From: Betaproteobacteria bacterium | GTDB taxonomy: Bacteria; Pseudomonadota; Gammaproteobacteria; Burkholderiales; Burkholderiaceae_C | Length of the DNA: 64,000 nucleotides | Direction of reading: 5' to 3' | NCBI GenBank assembly: GCA_013289985.1 | Contig: JABCYW010000001.1 | Location: 79,772 to 143,771 of the forward strand | The notes under the pieces: model-generated | Told to the model about the DNA's origin: nothing | Seen by the model: only the letters and a program-made list of their open reading frames with translations | Database searches by the model: none | Made by a program: the position numbers and the translations under genes | Shown: piece by piece, positions 19,579-29,570 of the stretch | How positions within the stretch are numbered: the first letter of the stretch is position 1 | How the letters are laid out: every line of letters begins with the position of its first letter

Positions 19579-20487
19579 TCAGGCCGTGGGCGACAGCAGC
19601 GGCGACATCAGCTGCGTGAGCCAGGCCATCACCGCCTGCACGCGCGGCGCGAGCTGGCGCCGGTGCGGCAGCATCAGCGACACGGGCATGGACGGGGCGA
19701 CGAAGTCCGGCAGCACCTCCACCAGCTGGCCGGAATCCACCAGCGCCTGGATGCCGAAGGCCGGCGCCTGGATCAGCCCGAGCCCGGCGAGCGCCGCGGC
19801 CTGGTAGGCATCGGTGCCGTTGACGGTGACCTGGGCGCGCATGGGGATGGCGCGGTGCTGGCCGTCGGCGTCGACGTAGTCCCACGCCGCGCCCTGCGCG
19901 TTGAGCGACGGCATGTAGTGCACCACGCGATGGCGCGCGAGGTCGGCCAGCGTGCGCGGCGTGCCGTGCGCGCGCAGGTAGGCCGGGCTGGCCACGTTGC
20001 GCATGCGCAGGAAGCCCAGCGGCCGCGCGACGAGCTCGGAGTCGGCCAGGGCGCCCACCCGCAGCACGCAGTCGAAGCCCTCGTGCACGAGGTCGACGCG
20101 GCGGTCGGTGGTGCTGATGCCGATCTCCAGCAGCGGGTGTGCGGCGAGGAACTCGGGCAGGCACGGCAGCACGATGTCGCGCGCCAGGCGGTTGGGCAGG
20201 TCGATGCGCAGCCGGCCGGTGAGGCCCGTGGACGCCGGCTGGAACATCGCCTGCAGCTGCTCGGCCTCGGTCAGCAGCTCCTTGCAGCGACCGAGGAAGC
20301 GCTCGCCGTCGGGCGTGACGCGCACGCTGCGCGTGGTGCGCTGGAGCAGCCGCGTGCCCACCTGCGCCTCGAGCTGCTGCACCGCCGTGGAGACGCGGCC
20401 CTTGGCCAGTCCCAGCTGCTCCGCCGCGCGGCTGAAGCTGGCGAGCTCGGCGACGGTGGCGAAGATGCGCAGCTCGTGGAGGTCCAT
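19579..20487 (-). CDS. LysR family transcriptional regulator
   Basis: N-terminal HTH MDLHELRIFATVAELASFSRAAEQLGLAKGRVSTAVQQLE plus a LysR substrate-binding domain. It is divergent from the SDR gene. Confidence 0.85.
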   Translation of the reverse strand: MDLHELRIFATVAELASFSRAAEQLGLAKGRVSTAVQQLEAQVGTRLLQRTTRSVRVTPDGERFLGRCKELLTEAEQLQAMFQPASTGLTGRLRIDLPNRLARDIVLPCLPEFLAAHPLLEIGISTTDRRVDLVHEGFDCVLRVGALADSELVARPLGFLRMRNVASPAYLRAHGTPRTLADLARHRVVHYMPSLNAQGAAWDYVDADGQHRAIPMRAQVTVNGTDAYQAAALAGLGLIQAPAFGIQALVDSGQLVEVLPDFVAPSMPVSLMLPHRRQLAPRVQAVMAWLTQLMSPLLSPTA

Positions 20488-20587
20488 TGTTCTGTTTGAG
20501 GAAACAGTGTGGCGTTGGATGCCGACTTTATCGCGCGGGCCAGAATTCTTAAAGTGGCCCCATCGAATCACCCAACCGGAGCCCGAC

Positions 20588-21355
20588 ATGACCACATCCC
20601 CTCCCATCGCCCTCGTCACCGGCGGCAGCCGCGGCCTCGGGCGCAGCGCCGTGCTGAAGCTGGCCGAGCGCGGCGTCGACGCGATCCTCACGTACAAGAG
20701 CAACGAGGCCGAGGCGCACGCGGTCGTCCGCCAGGTGCAGGCGCTGGGCCGCCGGGCCGTCGCGCTGCAGCTGGACGCCGGCGACAGCAAGAGCTTCGCG
20801 GCCTTCGCCGAACGCGTGAAGGCGGCGCTGGCCACCACCTGGCAGCGCACGGACTTCGACTACCTCGTCAACAACGCGGGCATGGGCGTGGACCACGCCA
20901 CCGTCGCCGAAACCACCGAGGAGCAGTTCGACCTGCTGTTCAACGTGCACCTGAAGGGCACGTTCTTCATCACGCAGAAGCTGCTGCCGCTGATCAAGGA
21001 CGGCGGCCGCATCCTCAACACGTCCAGCGGCCTGGCCCGCTTCGCCCTGCCCGGCTACGCGGCCTACGCGGCGATGAAGGGCGGCGTGGAGGTGCTGACG
21101 CGCTACATGGCCAAGGAGCTGGGCGCGCGCGGCATCTCGGTGAACACGGTGGCCCCGGGCGCGATCGCCACCGACTTCGGCGGCGGCCGAGTGCGCGACA
21201 ACGCGCAGCTCAATGCGTTCGTGGCATCGCAGACGGCGCTGGGCCGTACTGGCCTGCCCGACGACATCGGCGGCGCGGTGGCGTCGCTGCTCACCGACGC
21301 GAACCAGTGGATCAACGCGCAGCGCATCGAGGTGTCGGGCGGGATGTTCATCTGA
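20588..21355 (+). CDS. SDR family oxidoreductase
   Basis: TGGSRGLGRS cofactor-binding motif and a YAAMK (YxxxK) catalytic motif. The product is 255 aa. Confidence 0.85.
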   Translation: MTTSPPIALVTGGSRGLGRSAVLKLAERGVDAILTYKSNEAEAHAVVRQVQALGRRAVALQLDAGDSKSFAAFAERVKAALATTWQRTDFDYLVNNAGMGVDHATVAETTEEQFDLLFNVHLKGTFFITQKLLPLIKDGGRILNTSSGLARFALPGYAAYAAMKGGVEVLTRYMAKELGARGISVNTVAPGAIATDFGGGRVRDNAQLNAFVASQTALGRTGLPDDIGGAVASLLTDANQWINAQRIEVSGGMFI

Positions 21356-21411
21356 TCGGCCAACTCCTGTAAGGTGCGCGCTTGCGTTCAACGCGGCGGC
21401 CCGCGGGTCCG

Positions 21412-22020
21412 ATGTCCCACACCTCTTCTCCAGCGATCCGGCGCCCGCGCTGCGCCACTTGCGGCCTGCCCGCGTCCACCTGCGTGTGCGCGCTCGTCAC
21501 GCCCGTGCGCAACGAGGTCGAGGTGCTGGTGCTGCAGCATCCCGACGAGGCCCGCGAGGCCAAGAACAGCGCGCGGCTGCTGCGGCTCGGGCTGGCGCGC
21601 TGCCGCGTCGTGGTGGGCGAGTCGTTCGAGCCCGCGACGCTGGCCGCGTTGCTCGGCGGTGATGTATCGACGGCCGCGCTGCTTTACCCGGCCGATACGG
21701 CTGGCGGTATGCCGGCCGCGGGCGAGGCCGCCCGGCCGCGACGGCTCGTCCTGCTCGACGGCACGTGGCGCAAGAGCCTGAAGATGCTGCACGCGAATCC
21801 TTTGCTGCAGTCCTTGCCGAGATGGCCGCTCGCGCCGGATGCGCCCGCGCGCTACCGGGCCTTGCGCAAGGCCCGCCTGCACGATCAGCTCAGCACGCTG
21901 GAGGCGGCCTGCGCCGCGCTGGCCGACATCGAGTCGGCGCCCGCGCGTTACGAGCCCTTGCTCGCCGCGTTCGATCGCTTCGTGGCGGATCGCGCGGCGC
22001 GCGCGCGCCGCCCGCAATGA
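21412..22020 (+). CDS. DTW domain protein (tRNA aminocarboxypropyltransferase family)
   Basis: An N-terminal CxxCxxxxxC cluster and an LLDGTWRKS DTW motif. Confidence 0.75.
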   Translation: MSHTSSPAIRRPRCATCGLPASTCVCALVTPVRNEVEVLVLQHPDEAREAKNSARLLRLGLARCRVVVGESFEPATLAALLGGDVSTAALLYPADTAGGMPAAGEAARPRRLVLLDGTWRKSLKMLHANPLLQSLPRWPLAPDAPARYRALRKARLHDQLSTLEAACAALADIESAPARYEPLLAAFDRFVADRAARARRPQ

Positions 22021-22122
22021 AGATCGCCGCCAGCCCGCGAGGACGTGGCGGCGATCGCTCCGCGCTCCGGGGGCCCGTCCTCGCGGACGAACAGGGAGCC
22101 CGGGTCACCCGGTGACGGCCGC

Positions 22123-22419
22123 TCAGTTGCGGTCGCTGCGCGGCGCGGGCGTCGCGGGCGCGGCCGACGTCGAGGTGTCGGTGGTCGTCGTGGTGGACGT
22201 GGTCGATGTGTCGGTCGGCGCGGTGTTGTTGAGCGTCGCGCTCGGATTGGTGGTGGTCGTGGCGGGCGCGGCAGGCGCAGCAGGCATGGCGCTGGTGTCG
22301 GTCGCCGTCGAGGTCGATGTCGAGTTCGAGTCGCTGGACTGGGCCACGGCGACTCCGATGCCAGCCAGCAGCGCGGCGGCGGCAGCGACGGCGGACAACT
22401 TCTTTTGATAGCTTTGCAT
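22123..22419 (-). CDS. small secreted Thr/Ser-rich low-complexity protein
   Basis: Signal peptide MQSYQKKLSAVAAAAALLAGIGVAVA followed by a T/S/A/P-rich tail. Confidence 0.45.
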   Translation of the reverse strand: MQSYQKKLSAVAAAAALLAGIGVAVAQSSDSNSTSTSTATDTSAMPAAPAAPATTTTNPSATLNNTAPTDTSTTSTTTTTDTSTSAAPATPAPRSDRN

Positions 22420-22637
22420 GGAAACTCTCCAGGGGTTGATTGCGTTGCGGTTCGGCGCTCGCCGAACCTTCGGGCGAAAAAATGTGGCAAGCCGGATGCC
22501 GTGTCGTGTAAGAAAACGCTGCTGCCGTAACCGCGCCGCGCTGCCGCCGAGCGAGACCCCGCTGTCGCGTTGCGTTCGAAACTCTGCGAGCATGCGGGCT
22601 TGCTCGAAACCCTGGCGCCCGGCGCGGAGACCCATCC

Positions 22638-24008
22638 ATGGACATGACCCACGACCTGATCGTGATCGGCGGCGGCTCGGGCGGCGTCGCGGGCTCGCGG
22701 CGCGCGGCGGTGCACGGCGCCAAGGTCGCGATCATCGAGGCCGACCGCTTCGGCGGCACCTGCGTGATCCGCGGCTGCGTGCCCAAGAAGCTGATGATGT
22801 ACGCCGCGAGCTTCGCGCACCAGTTCAAGGACGCCGAGGGCTTCGGCTGGACCGACGTGCGGGCGCGCTTCGAGATGGCGCGCTGGGCCGACGCGAAGAA
22901 GCGCGAGATCGACCGGCTGGAAGGCGTCTACGACGACATGCTGGTCAACGGCGGCGTCGAGCCCGTGCGAGGCCGTGGGCGGCTCGTGTCGGCGCGTGAG
23001 GTGGACGTCGGCGGCCGGCGCCTGGCCGCGCCGCGTATCCTCGTGGCCACCGGCGGCGCGCCCGCGGCCGACGCGTTCCCCGGCCTCGCGGCGGCGATGA
23101 CCTCCAACGAGGTGCTGGACCTGCGCGAGGTGCCCGAGACCTTGCTGGTGATCGGCGGCGGCTACATCGCGGTGGAGTTCGCGAGCATCCTGTCCGCGCT
23201 CGGCAGCCGCGTCACGCTCGCCTATCGCGACAGCCACCCGCTGCGCGGCTTCGACGCCGAGCTGCGCGGACGCCTGGCGAAGGCGCTGCGCGAACGCGGC
23301 CTCACGCTGGCCTGCGGCGTGGCGCTGGAGCGGCTCGAGCGCGACGATGCGGGCTTCGCGCTGCACCGGGCCGATGGCAGCGTGCTGCGCGCCGCCGCCG
23401 CGCTCAACGCCACCGGCCGCAAGCCCAGCACCGCCGGCCTGGGCCTGGCCGAGGTCGGCGTGAAGCTCGACGCGCGCGGCGCCATCGTCGTCGACGACGA
23501 CAGCCGCAGCAGCGTGCCGTCGATCTGGGCCGTCGGCGACGTCACCGACCGCGTCAACCTCACGCCGGTGGCCATCGCCGAGGCGCGCGCCTTCGCCGAC
23601 ACCGAGTTCGACAAGGATCCGCGCCGCGTCGACCACCGCGTGGTGGCCAGCGCCGTGTTCACCGATCCGCCGATCGGCACCGTGGGCCTGACCGAGCAAC
23701 AGGCGGCGCTGCGCGGCCCGGTGGACATCTACGCCGCGGACTTCCGCCCGATGAAGGAGGCCTTCTTCGGCGGTTCGCAGCGCACGTTCATGAAGCTGGT
23801 GGTGGACGGCCTCGACCAGCGCGTGCTGGGCGTGCAGATGATCGGCCCCGACGCGCCCGAGATCGTGCAGAGCCTGGCCGTGGCCGTGACCTGCGGCGCG
23901 CGCAAGGCCGACTTCGACCGGACGATCGCGGTGCATCCCACCGTGGCCGAGGAGTTCATGCTGATGCGCACGCCGGTGCGGCGCGTGCCGCAGGCGACGC
24001 TCAGTTGA
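22638..24008 (+). CDS. gor: glutathione-disulfide reductase
   Basis: FAD-binding GGGSGG and the redox-active GGTCVIRGCVPKK motif. It has a pyridine nucleotide-disulfide oxidoreductase architecture with a dimerisation domain. Confidence 0.85.
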   Translation: MDMTHDLIVIGGGSGGVAGSRRAAVHGAKVAIIEADRFGGTCVIRGCVPKKLMMYAASFAHQFKDAEGFGWTDVRARFEMARWADAKKREIDRLEGVYDDMLVNGGVEPVRGRGRLVSAREVDVGGRRLAAPRILVATGGAPAADAFPGLAAAMTSNEVLDLREVPETLLVIGGGYIAVEFASILSALGSRVTLAYRDSHPLRGFDAELRGRLAKALRERGLTLACGVALERLERDDAGFALHRADGSVLRAAAALNATGRKPSTAGLGLAEVGVKLDARGAIVVDDDSRSSVPSIWAVGDVTDRVNLTPVAIAEARAFADTEFDKDPRRVDHRVVASAVFTDPPIGTVGLTEQQAALRGPVDIYAADFRPMKEAFFGGSQRTFMKLVVDGLDQRVLGVQMIGPDAPEIVQSLAVAVTCGARKADFDRTIAVHPTVAEEFMLMRTPVRRVPQATLS

Positions 24009-25623
24009 TCCTTGGGGTGACCCAGCGCGCGAAGAGCGCGAACAGGCCCTGCACCACCAGGGCCAGCACCGCGGCCGGCACCGCGCCGGCCAGCAGCATC
24101 GCGTAGTCGTTGAGCGCCAGGCCCGTGACGATGCGCTCGCCCAGGCCGCCGGCGCCGACGAAGGCCGCGATCGTGGCCGTGCCCACCGTGATGACCGCGG
24201 CGGTGCCGATGCCGGCCATGAGCGTGGGCAGGGCCAGGCGCACGTCGACGGCCGTCCAGCGCTGCGCGGGCGTCAGGCCCAGCGCCGTGCCCGCCTCGCG
24301 CAGGCCCATGGGCACGCCCAGCAGCCCGGTGGCGGTGTTGCGCGCGATCGGCAGCAGCGCGTAGAGCGTCAGCGCCACCAGCGCCGGGCCGGTGCCGATG
24401 CGGCCCAGCAGCGGGATCAGCATCGCCAGCAAGGCCAGCGACGGGATGGTCTGCAGCACGCCCACCGTGGCCATCACCGGGCCCTCGGTGCGCGGGTACG
24501 CCGCCGCCGCGGCGCCCAGCGGCACGCCCAGCACGGTGGCGCAGGCCACGGCCACGATCACCAGCAGCAGGTGCTGGCCCAGCAGGCGCGCGAGGTCGGC
24601 GGCGAACAGGCGCTTCAGGAAGCGCGGGCCCAGCGCCTCGCGTTGCCCGGCGTCGTCGACGGCCGTCTGCGCGGTCGCGTCGAAGTGGCCGCCGACGAAT
24701 TCCTTCGCGATGTCGGCGAAGGGCTCGTGGCGCAGTTCGGCGCGGCCGTTCATCGCGATCATCGTGGAGGCCGGGATGCGGCCGGCGAGCGCCTGCAGCG
24801 CCTGCCACTGCGCCGGGTGGCGCGCGGGCGCGTCGAGGCGGTACAGCAGCACGGCGTCGTAGTGCGGGAAGTAGTCCCTGTCGTCGGCCAGCACGCGCAG
24901 GTGGCGCGGGGCGATCTGCGCGTCGGTGGTGTAGATGTCGGTGACGGCGATCTTGCCGCTGGCCAGCGCGTCGTACGACAGGCCGTGGTCGATGCCCACC
25001 GGGTGCGCGGCGAGGCCGTAGCGCCTGGACAAGCCGGGCCAGCCGTCCATGCGGCCCAGGAACTCGTGCGACAGGCCCAGCACGACGTCGGGATGGTCGG
25101 CCAGGTCGCTGATGCGCGTGATGTGCAGGCGCTCGGCCTCGTCGGCCGGCATGGCCAGCGCGTAGCCGTTGGAAAAGCCCAGTGGCACGCCCAGGCCCAG
25201 GCCCTGCGCGGCCAGTTCGCGGGTGACGACGTCGCGCGTGACTGGCGTGCGGTGGCCCAGGATCTCCTCTTCGACGGTGCCCAGGTACTCCGGGTAGACG
25301 TCGATCGCGCCGGCCTTCAGCGCGGCGAGCACGACGGCCGTGTTGCCTAGCCCTTCGCGATGTTCGGCCGGGCCGGCGGTGGCCGCGGTCTGGCGCAGCA
25401 CCTCGCCGAGGATGTACGACTCGGTGAAGCGCTTGGAGCCGACGATCAACGCACCGCTGGCGTTGGCCCACGGCGCCGACGCGGGCGCCAGCGCGAGGGC
25501 GCGCGGGACGGCGTTGATGACGGGATCGGCCGCGCGGGCGGGGCTCGCGGCGGCGAGCAGGCCGGCGGCGAATGCGAGCGTCGCCACGAGGCGGCGGGCG
25601 GCCGACAGGCTGGCCAGTGTCAT
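24001..25623 (-). CDS. ABC transporter fused substrate-binding domain and permease (glycine betaine/osmoprotectant OpuBC-like)
   Basis: A signal peptide and OpuAC-like binding domain sit N-terminally. A C-terminal 5-6-TM permease carries an EAA-like loop (REAGTALGLTPAQRW). Confidence 0.8.
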   Translation of the reverse strand: MTLASLSAARRLVATLAFAAGLLAAASPARAADPVINAVPRALALAPASAPWANASGALIVGSKRFTESYILGEVLRQTAATAGPAEHREGLGNTAVVLAALKAGAIDVYPEYLGTVEEEILGHRTPVTRDVVTRELAAQGLGLGVPLGFSNGYALAMPADEAERLHITRISDLADHPDVVLGLSHEFLGRMDGWPGLSRRYGLAAHPVGIDHGLSYDALASGKIAVTDIYTTDAQIAPRHLRVLADDRDYFPHYDAVLLYRLDAPARHPAQWQALQALAGRIPASTMIAMNGRAELRHEPFADIAKEFVGGHFDATAQTAVDDAGQREALGPRFLKRLFAADLARLLGQHLLLVIVAVACATVLGVPLGAAAAAYPRTEGPVMATVGVLQTIPSLALLAMLIPLLGRIGTGPALVALTLYALLPIARNTATGLLGVPMGLREAGTALGLTPAQRWTAVDVRLALPTLMAGIGTAAVITVGTATIAAFVGAGGLGERIVTGLALNDYAMLLAGAVPAAVLALVVQGLFALFARWVTPRIN

Positions 25624-25725
25624 GCGAGGTCCGCGATGAATTGCAAAGGAGGGCTATCGTCGCACGGCCGTGGCCCGAAAGCGCGCGCTGCGGGAAAATG
25701 CAGCAATCACTTACCAGTCGTCGCC

Positions 25726-27030
25726 GTGTCCACTGTCTCTCCTGAATCCGCCGCACCCCTGAACGCGGGCAGCGGCTCGCTGTCCGATCTCGCGCAGCGC
25801 GATCGCTTCCTGCAGGCCCTGGCCCAGGGCGTGGCCGACGGCAGCGCCGTGCGCGTGCTGCTCAGCAAGCCCGGCGCCAAGGACGACGACCTCGAACGCG
25901 TGACGGCCCGCCCGCTGGTGCTGCGCGGCGAGCGCTGCCTGTCGTTCGTCTTCAAGCACCGCACCAGGGACATCACGAAGAACGAGCCCGTGGCCACGGC
26001 GCTGGAGACGATCGCCGGCCTCGTGGGCACGCGATTCGCGCACGCGCACCTGTTCACGCGCGACGCCGAGCTGCAGCTGATGATGAGCCGCAAGGGGCGC
26101 TACACGCTGCATCGCGCCAGGCTCGGGACCGACGACGCGACGCGGCCCGCCGTGGCCGCGGCGGCCGAGGACGACGGCGCGCGGCACGATCGCCAGAAGC
26201 ACCGCTACCTGAGCCTGGATGCGCCGTTCCTCGTCGAGCTGGGCGTCACCAGCGCGCGCCACGAGCTGGTGCCGGCGATGGCGCGCAAGTGGAAGCAGAT
26301 CAACAAGTTCGTGGAGGTGATGTCGCATGCGCTCGAATCGGCGGGCGTGGGCGCGACGGCGCCGCTCAACATCGTCGACTTCGGCGCGGGCAAGGGCTAC
26401 CTCACGTTCGCGCTGCACGACTGGCTGCGCCGCCAGGCCGCAGGCGCGCCGCGCGTGCTGGACGTGGTGGGCGTGGAGCTGCGGCCCGACCTCGTCGAGC
26501 TGTGCAACGACGCGATCGCGAAATGCGGGCTGCAGGGCCTGCGCTTCGAGGCCGGCGACGTGAGCAGCTTCGTGCCGCGGCGCCTGGATGTGATGATCGC
26601 GCTGCACGCCTGCGACACCGCCACCGACCACGCGCTGCACACCGGCATCCGCGCCGGCGCATCCATCATCATGTGCTCGCCGTGCTGCCACAAGCAGATC
26701 CGTCCGCAGATGCGGATGCCCTCGCTGCTCAAGCCCATGCTCCAGCACGGCATCCACCTGGGCCAGCAGGCCGAGATGGTCACCGACGGCCTGCGCGCCC
26801 TGCTGCTGGAGGCGCACGGCTACGACGCGCAGGTGTTCGAGTTCGTGGCGCTGGAGCACACCAGCAAGAACAAGATGATCCTGGCCGTGCGGCGGCAGGG
26901 CCGCCAGGACACGCCGCAGGCCGAGCGCCGGCGCGCCGACGTGCTGGCGCAGATCGCGGAGCTGAAGCAGTTCTACGGCATCCGCGAGCACTGCCTCGAG
27001 ACGCTGCTGGCCGAACCCGAGACGGCTTGA
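25726..27030 (+). CDS. class I SAM-dependent methyltransferase
   Basis: IVDFGAGKGYLTFAL glycine-rich SAM-binding motif. The start is tentatively the GTG at 25726, because the ORF-track N-terminal extension is low-complexity. Confidence 0.65.
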   Translation: MSTVSPESAAPLNAGSGSLSDLAQRDRFLQALAQGVADGSAVRVLLSKPGAKDDDLERVTARPLVLRGERCLSFVFKHRTRDITKNEPVATALETIAGLVGTRFAHAHLFTRDAELQLMMSRKGRYTLHRARLGTDDATRPAVAAAAEDDGARHDRQKHRYLSLDAPFLVELGVTSARHELVPAMARKWKQINKFVEVMSHALESAGVGATAPLNIVDFGAGKGYLTFALHDWLRRQAAGAPRVLDVVGVELRPDLVELCNDAIAKCGLQGLRFEAGDVSSFVPRRLDVMIALHACDTATDHALHTGIRAGASIIMCSPCCHKQIRPQMRMPSLLKPMLQHGIHLGQQAEMVTDGLRALLLEAHGYDAQVFEFVALEHTSKNKMILAVRRQGRQDTPQAERRRADVLAQIAELKQFYGIREHCLETLLAEPETA

Positions 27031-27033
27031 CGC

Positions 27034-28275
27034 TCAGTCGACCGGGTGTGACCTGAACATGCCCAGCAGCAGCAGGTCGTAGGTGATCTTCAGCACGCCG
27101 CAGGCCACCAGCGGCGCGGCCAGCACGCCGCTGGCCAGCAGCGAGGCGCCGATCGTCGGGCCCAGCGCCGACGCGAGGCTGCGCGGCACCGCGGTGAAGC
27201 TGGCCGCGGCCGCGCGCTCGGGCGGCGTCACCACCGCCATCACGAAGGCGTTGCGCGCGGGCACGTCCATCGACGACAGCATGCTGCGCATCAGCAGGCT
27301 GGCCAGCGCGAGCGGCAGCGTGGGAACGAGCGACGCCGCGATCAGGAACAGGCTCGCGGGGATGTGCGTGAAGGTCATCGTGTTGACGAGGCCGAAGCGG
27401 CGCGCGAGCACCGGCGCGAGCAGCTGCGACGCGGTCATCATCAGGCCCGACCAGAAGAAGAACTGGCCGGCCCCGCCCAGCGACAGGCCGAAGCGCTTGA
27501 ACAGCCACAGCGCCAGCATCGAGTTCACCAGCAGGCCGCCCGCGAACGAGTCGATGCAGAACAGTCCGGCCATGCGGATCACGATGCCGCGCGACGGGCC
27601 CAGCGGTTGCGGCGCGTCCGGGTTGGCGTCGGCCGTGGCGGCCTGGTCGCGGTGCTCGTGCGCGATGAAGCCGCGGTACAGCAGCGCCACCACGGCGCCG
27701 ATGACCGCGTAGAGCACGAACATCGCGCGCATCGCGTCCAGCACGGCGCCTCCCGCGTGCGCGCTCCACCACGCGGGCCACGCGGACGCGAGCGCGCCCA
27801 CGGCCGCGCTGAGCCCGCCCGCGAGCGCGTAGCGCGAGAACAGCGCCGTGCGGGCCGCGCTGGTGGACGCGGCGCGGGCGAGGCGCGCGTGTTCCAGCGG
27901 CAGGAACACGCTGACGTCGCCCGAGCTGGGATTCAGGGTGCCGACGAAGGCCACCAGCGCCAGCGGCCAGAACGCGTGCAGGCCGGCGAAGCCGAGGCCG
28001 GTGGCCACCATCGTCAACGCCGCGCCCAACATCAGGCGGGACGCGCGGAAGCGGTGGCCCAGCGCGCCCACCGCGATCGTGGCCACCGCCGAGCCGGCCA
28101 GCGTCAGCGTGCTCAGCACGCCGATCTCCACGACGCTCATGCCCAGCGCGCCGAGATAGGCCGGCAGCAGCACGGCCACGTAGCCGTCGGCGAAGCCGCG
28201 CAGCATCCGGCTGGCGAGTAGCCACGCGGCCGCGGGTTCGATGCCGGCGGGCAGCCACCAGGAGGGAGTTCGCAT
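27034..28275 (-). CDS. MFS transporter
   Basis: A 413-aa product with 12 predicted TM segments. Confidence 0.8.
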   Translation of the reverse strand: MRTPSWWLPAGIEPAAAWLLASRMLRGFADGYVAVLLPAYLGALGMSVVEIGVLSTLTLAGSAVATIAVGALGHRFRASRLMLGAALTMVATGLGFAGLHAFWPLALVAFVGTLNPSSGDVSVFLPLEHARLARAASTSAARTALFSRYALAGGLSAAVGALASAWPAWWSAHAGGAVLDAMRAMFVLYAVIGAVVALLYRGFIAHEHRDQAATADANPDAPQPLGPSRGIVIRMAGLFCIDSFAGGLLVNSMLALWLFKRFGLSLGGAGQFFFWSGLMMTASQLLAPVLARRFGLVNTMTFTHIPASLFLIAASLVPTLPLALASLLMRSMLSSMDVPARNAFVMAVVTPPERAAAASFTAVPRSLASALGPTIGASLLASGVLAAPLVACGVLKITYDLLLLGMFRSHPVD

Positions 28276-28478
28276 GGCGTCGATTGTGGTGCGGGTGGAG
28301 GTCGTGGTGCGCGGATTGGTCGATTAGCCGACCGATTTACACCGGGGCGGCGTTGTTCCCAGGAAGTGCGGCTTTGGCGGCTTGGTGGCTGCGGATCGGC
28401 ATGGAAGCATGGATCGCTCGGACGTTCCGGCCCTGGATGGCGGCGGTGCGTTTCTTGTACGACTCTGGAGTTCGCCGG

Positions 28479-29552
28479 ATGCTTTCCCTGCCCGAGGCCC
28501 GTTCCCCGTTCCAGGATGCGCTGCGCCGGCGCTCGCTGGCGGTGCTCTTTCGCGCGGCGACGGCCGCGGCGGCGCTGGCGGCCCTGAGCGCCTGCGGCGG
28601 AGGCGGCAGCGGTGGCACCACGCCCGAGCCCCCGTCGCCTCCCGCACCGACCCCGGCGCCGTCGCCCGCCGCGCCGATTGCCGCGCAGATGTCGGTGCCC
28701 ACGCCTGTGGGCTACGACGCCGACCGGCTGGCGGCGTTCAACCGCCTCAACGAGATCCGGCTGTCGGCGGGGCTGGGCATGCTGGCGCAGGACACCTTGC
28801 TGGATCAGGCGGCGCAGGCGCACGCGGAGTGGATCATCGCGAACGACTCGTTCACGCACGAGGAGACCGCGGGGACGATCGGGTTCACGGGTGCGCATTG
28901 GTGGGATCGTGATGAGGCGTCGGGGTACGTGCCGGTGGGCGGCGAGGAAGTCATGGCGGGAATCGTCCATGGCGCGCAGGGCGTCGATGTGTTGATCAAT
29001 GGCGTGTACCACCGGGCGGGGATGCTGGCGTTCGAGCCCGTGGATGTGGGGATCGGGTGGTCCGCGCTCTCGGCCGCGAGCGTTTCAATGCCGCTTGTCA
29101 TTGATATGACCAAGCCGGGAACCGATCCCGTGCGTGGCCTGGGCCAGGCCGCGCAGCCATCGATCGGGGGCGTTGCAATCTGGCCGCTCGATGCGGCGCG
29201 CGACGTGCCGCTTCGCCTTGGGCTGGAGTCTCCCGATCCAGTGCCGGGTCAGGACGTCCTGAGCCTGGGAACGCCCGTATCGGTCACGGTGGGTAGCGAC
29301 ACGACCATCACCGTCGACTCGTTCGCATTGACGGAGGTCGCGAGCGGAGCGGTCGTATCCGCCCGGCTCTTGACCGTCCGGACCGATCCGAATTCCTTGC
29401 TTCCGGGGTCGTTCGCGGCGCTGGTTCCTTTGAACGCGTTGACGCCGAACACGACGTATGCCGTTGTCTTCTCGGGGAGCACGGTGACGTTTCCCTCACG
29501 GACGCCGGTGCTGCTCGCTCGGACCTGGTCGTTCACGACAGTGGCGGGATGA
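28479..29552 (+). CDS. CAP (SCP/PR-1-like) domain lipoprotein
   Basis: Lipoprotein signal with a Cys in AALSACGGGG, a Pro-rich linker, then a CAP-like region AFNRLNEIRLSAGLGMLAQDTLLDQAAQAHAEWI. The ORF-track upstream extension was rejected. Confidence 0.65.
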   Translation: MLSLPEARSPFQDALRRRSLAVLFRAATAAAALAALSACGGGGSGGTTPEPPSPPAPTPAPSPAAPIAAQMSVPTPVGYDADRLAAFNRLNEIRLSAGLGMLAQDTLLDQAAQAHAEWIIANDSFTHEETAGTIGFTGAHWWDRDEASGYVPVGGEEVMAGIVHGAQGVDVLINGVYHRAGMLAFEPVDVGIGWSALSAASVSMPLVIDMTKPGTDPVRGLGQAAQPSIGGVAIWPLDAARDVPLRLGLESPDPVPGQDVLSLGTPVSVTVGSDTTITVDSFALTEVASGAVVSARLLTVRTDPNSLLPGSFAALVPLNALTPNTTYAVVFSGSTVTFPSRTPVLLARTWSFTTVAG

Positions 29553-29570
29553 GCCTGCCTGGCGATCCGG

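Noticed and set aside
19490-22115. Assorted 100-450-aa ORFs, for example 19997-21355 as a 452-aa reading and 20549-21391 on the minus strand.
   Set aside because: 19997-21355 is the SDR gene with a spurious N-terminal extension running back through the divergent LysR gene. The others are antisense or alternative frames.
21948-25756. ORFs of 662 aa and 675 aa on the minus strand opposite gor and the ABC fusion region.
   Set aside because: They are antisense to a confidently identified gor and to the binding-protein/permease gene, with junk composition.
25711-28275. ORFs of 426 aa and 492 aa on the minus strand over the methyltransferase and MFS genes.
   Set aside because: They are antisense or alternative-frame. 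The MFS protein is the 27034-28275 frame.
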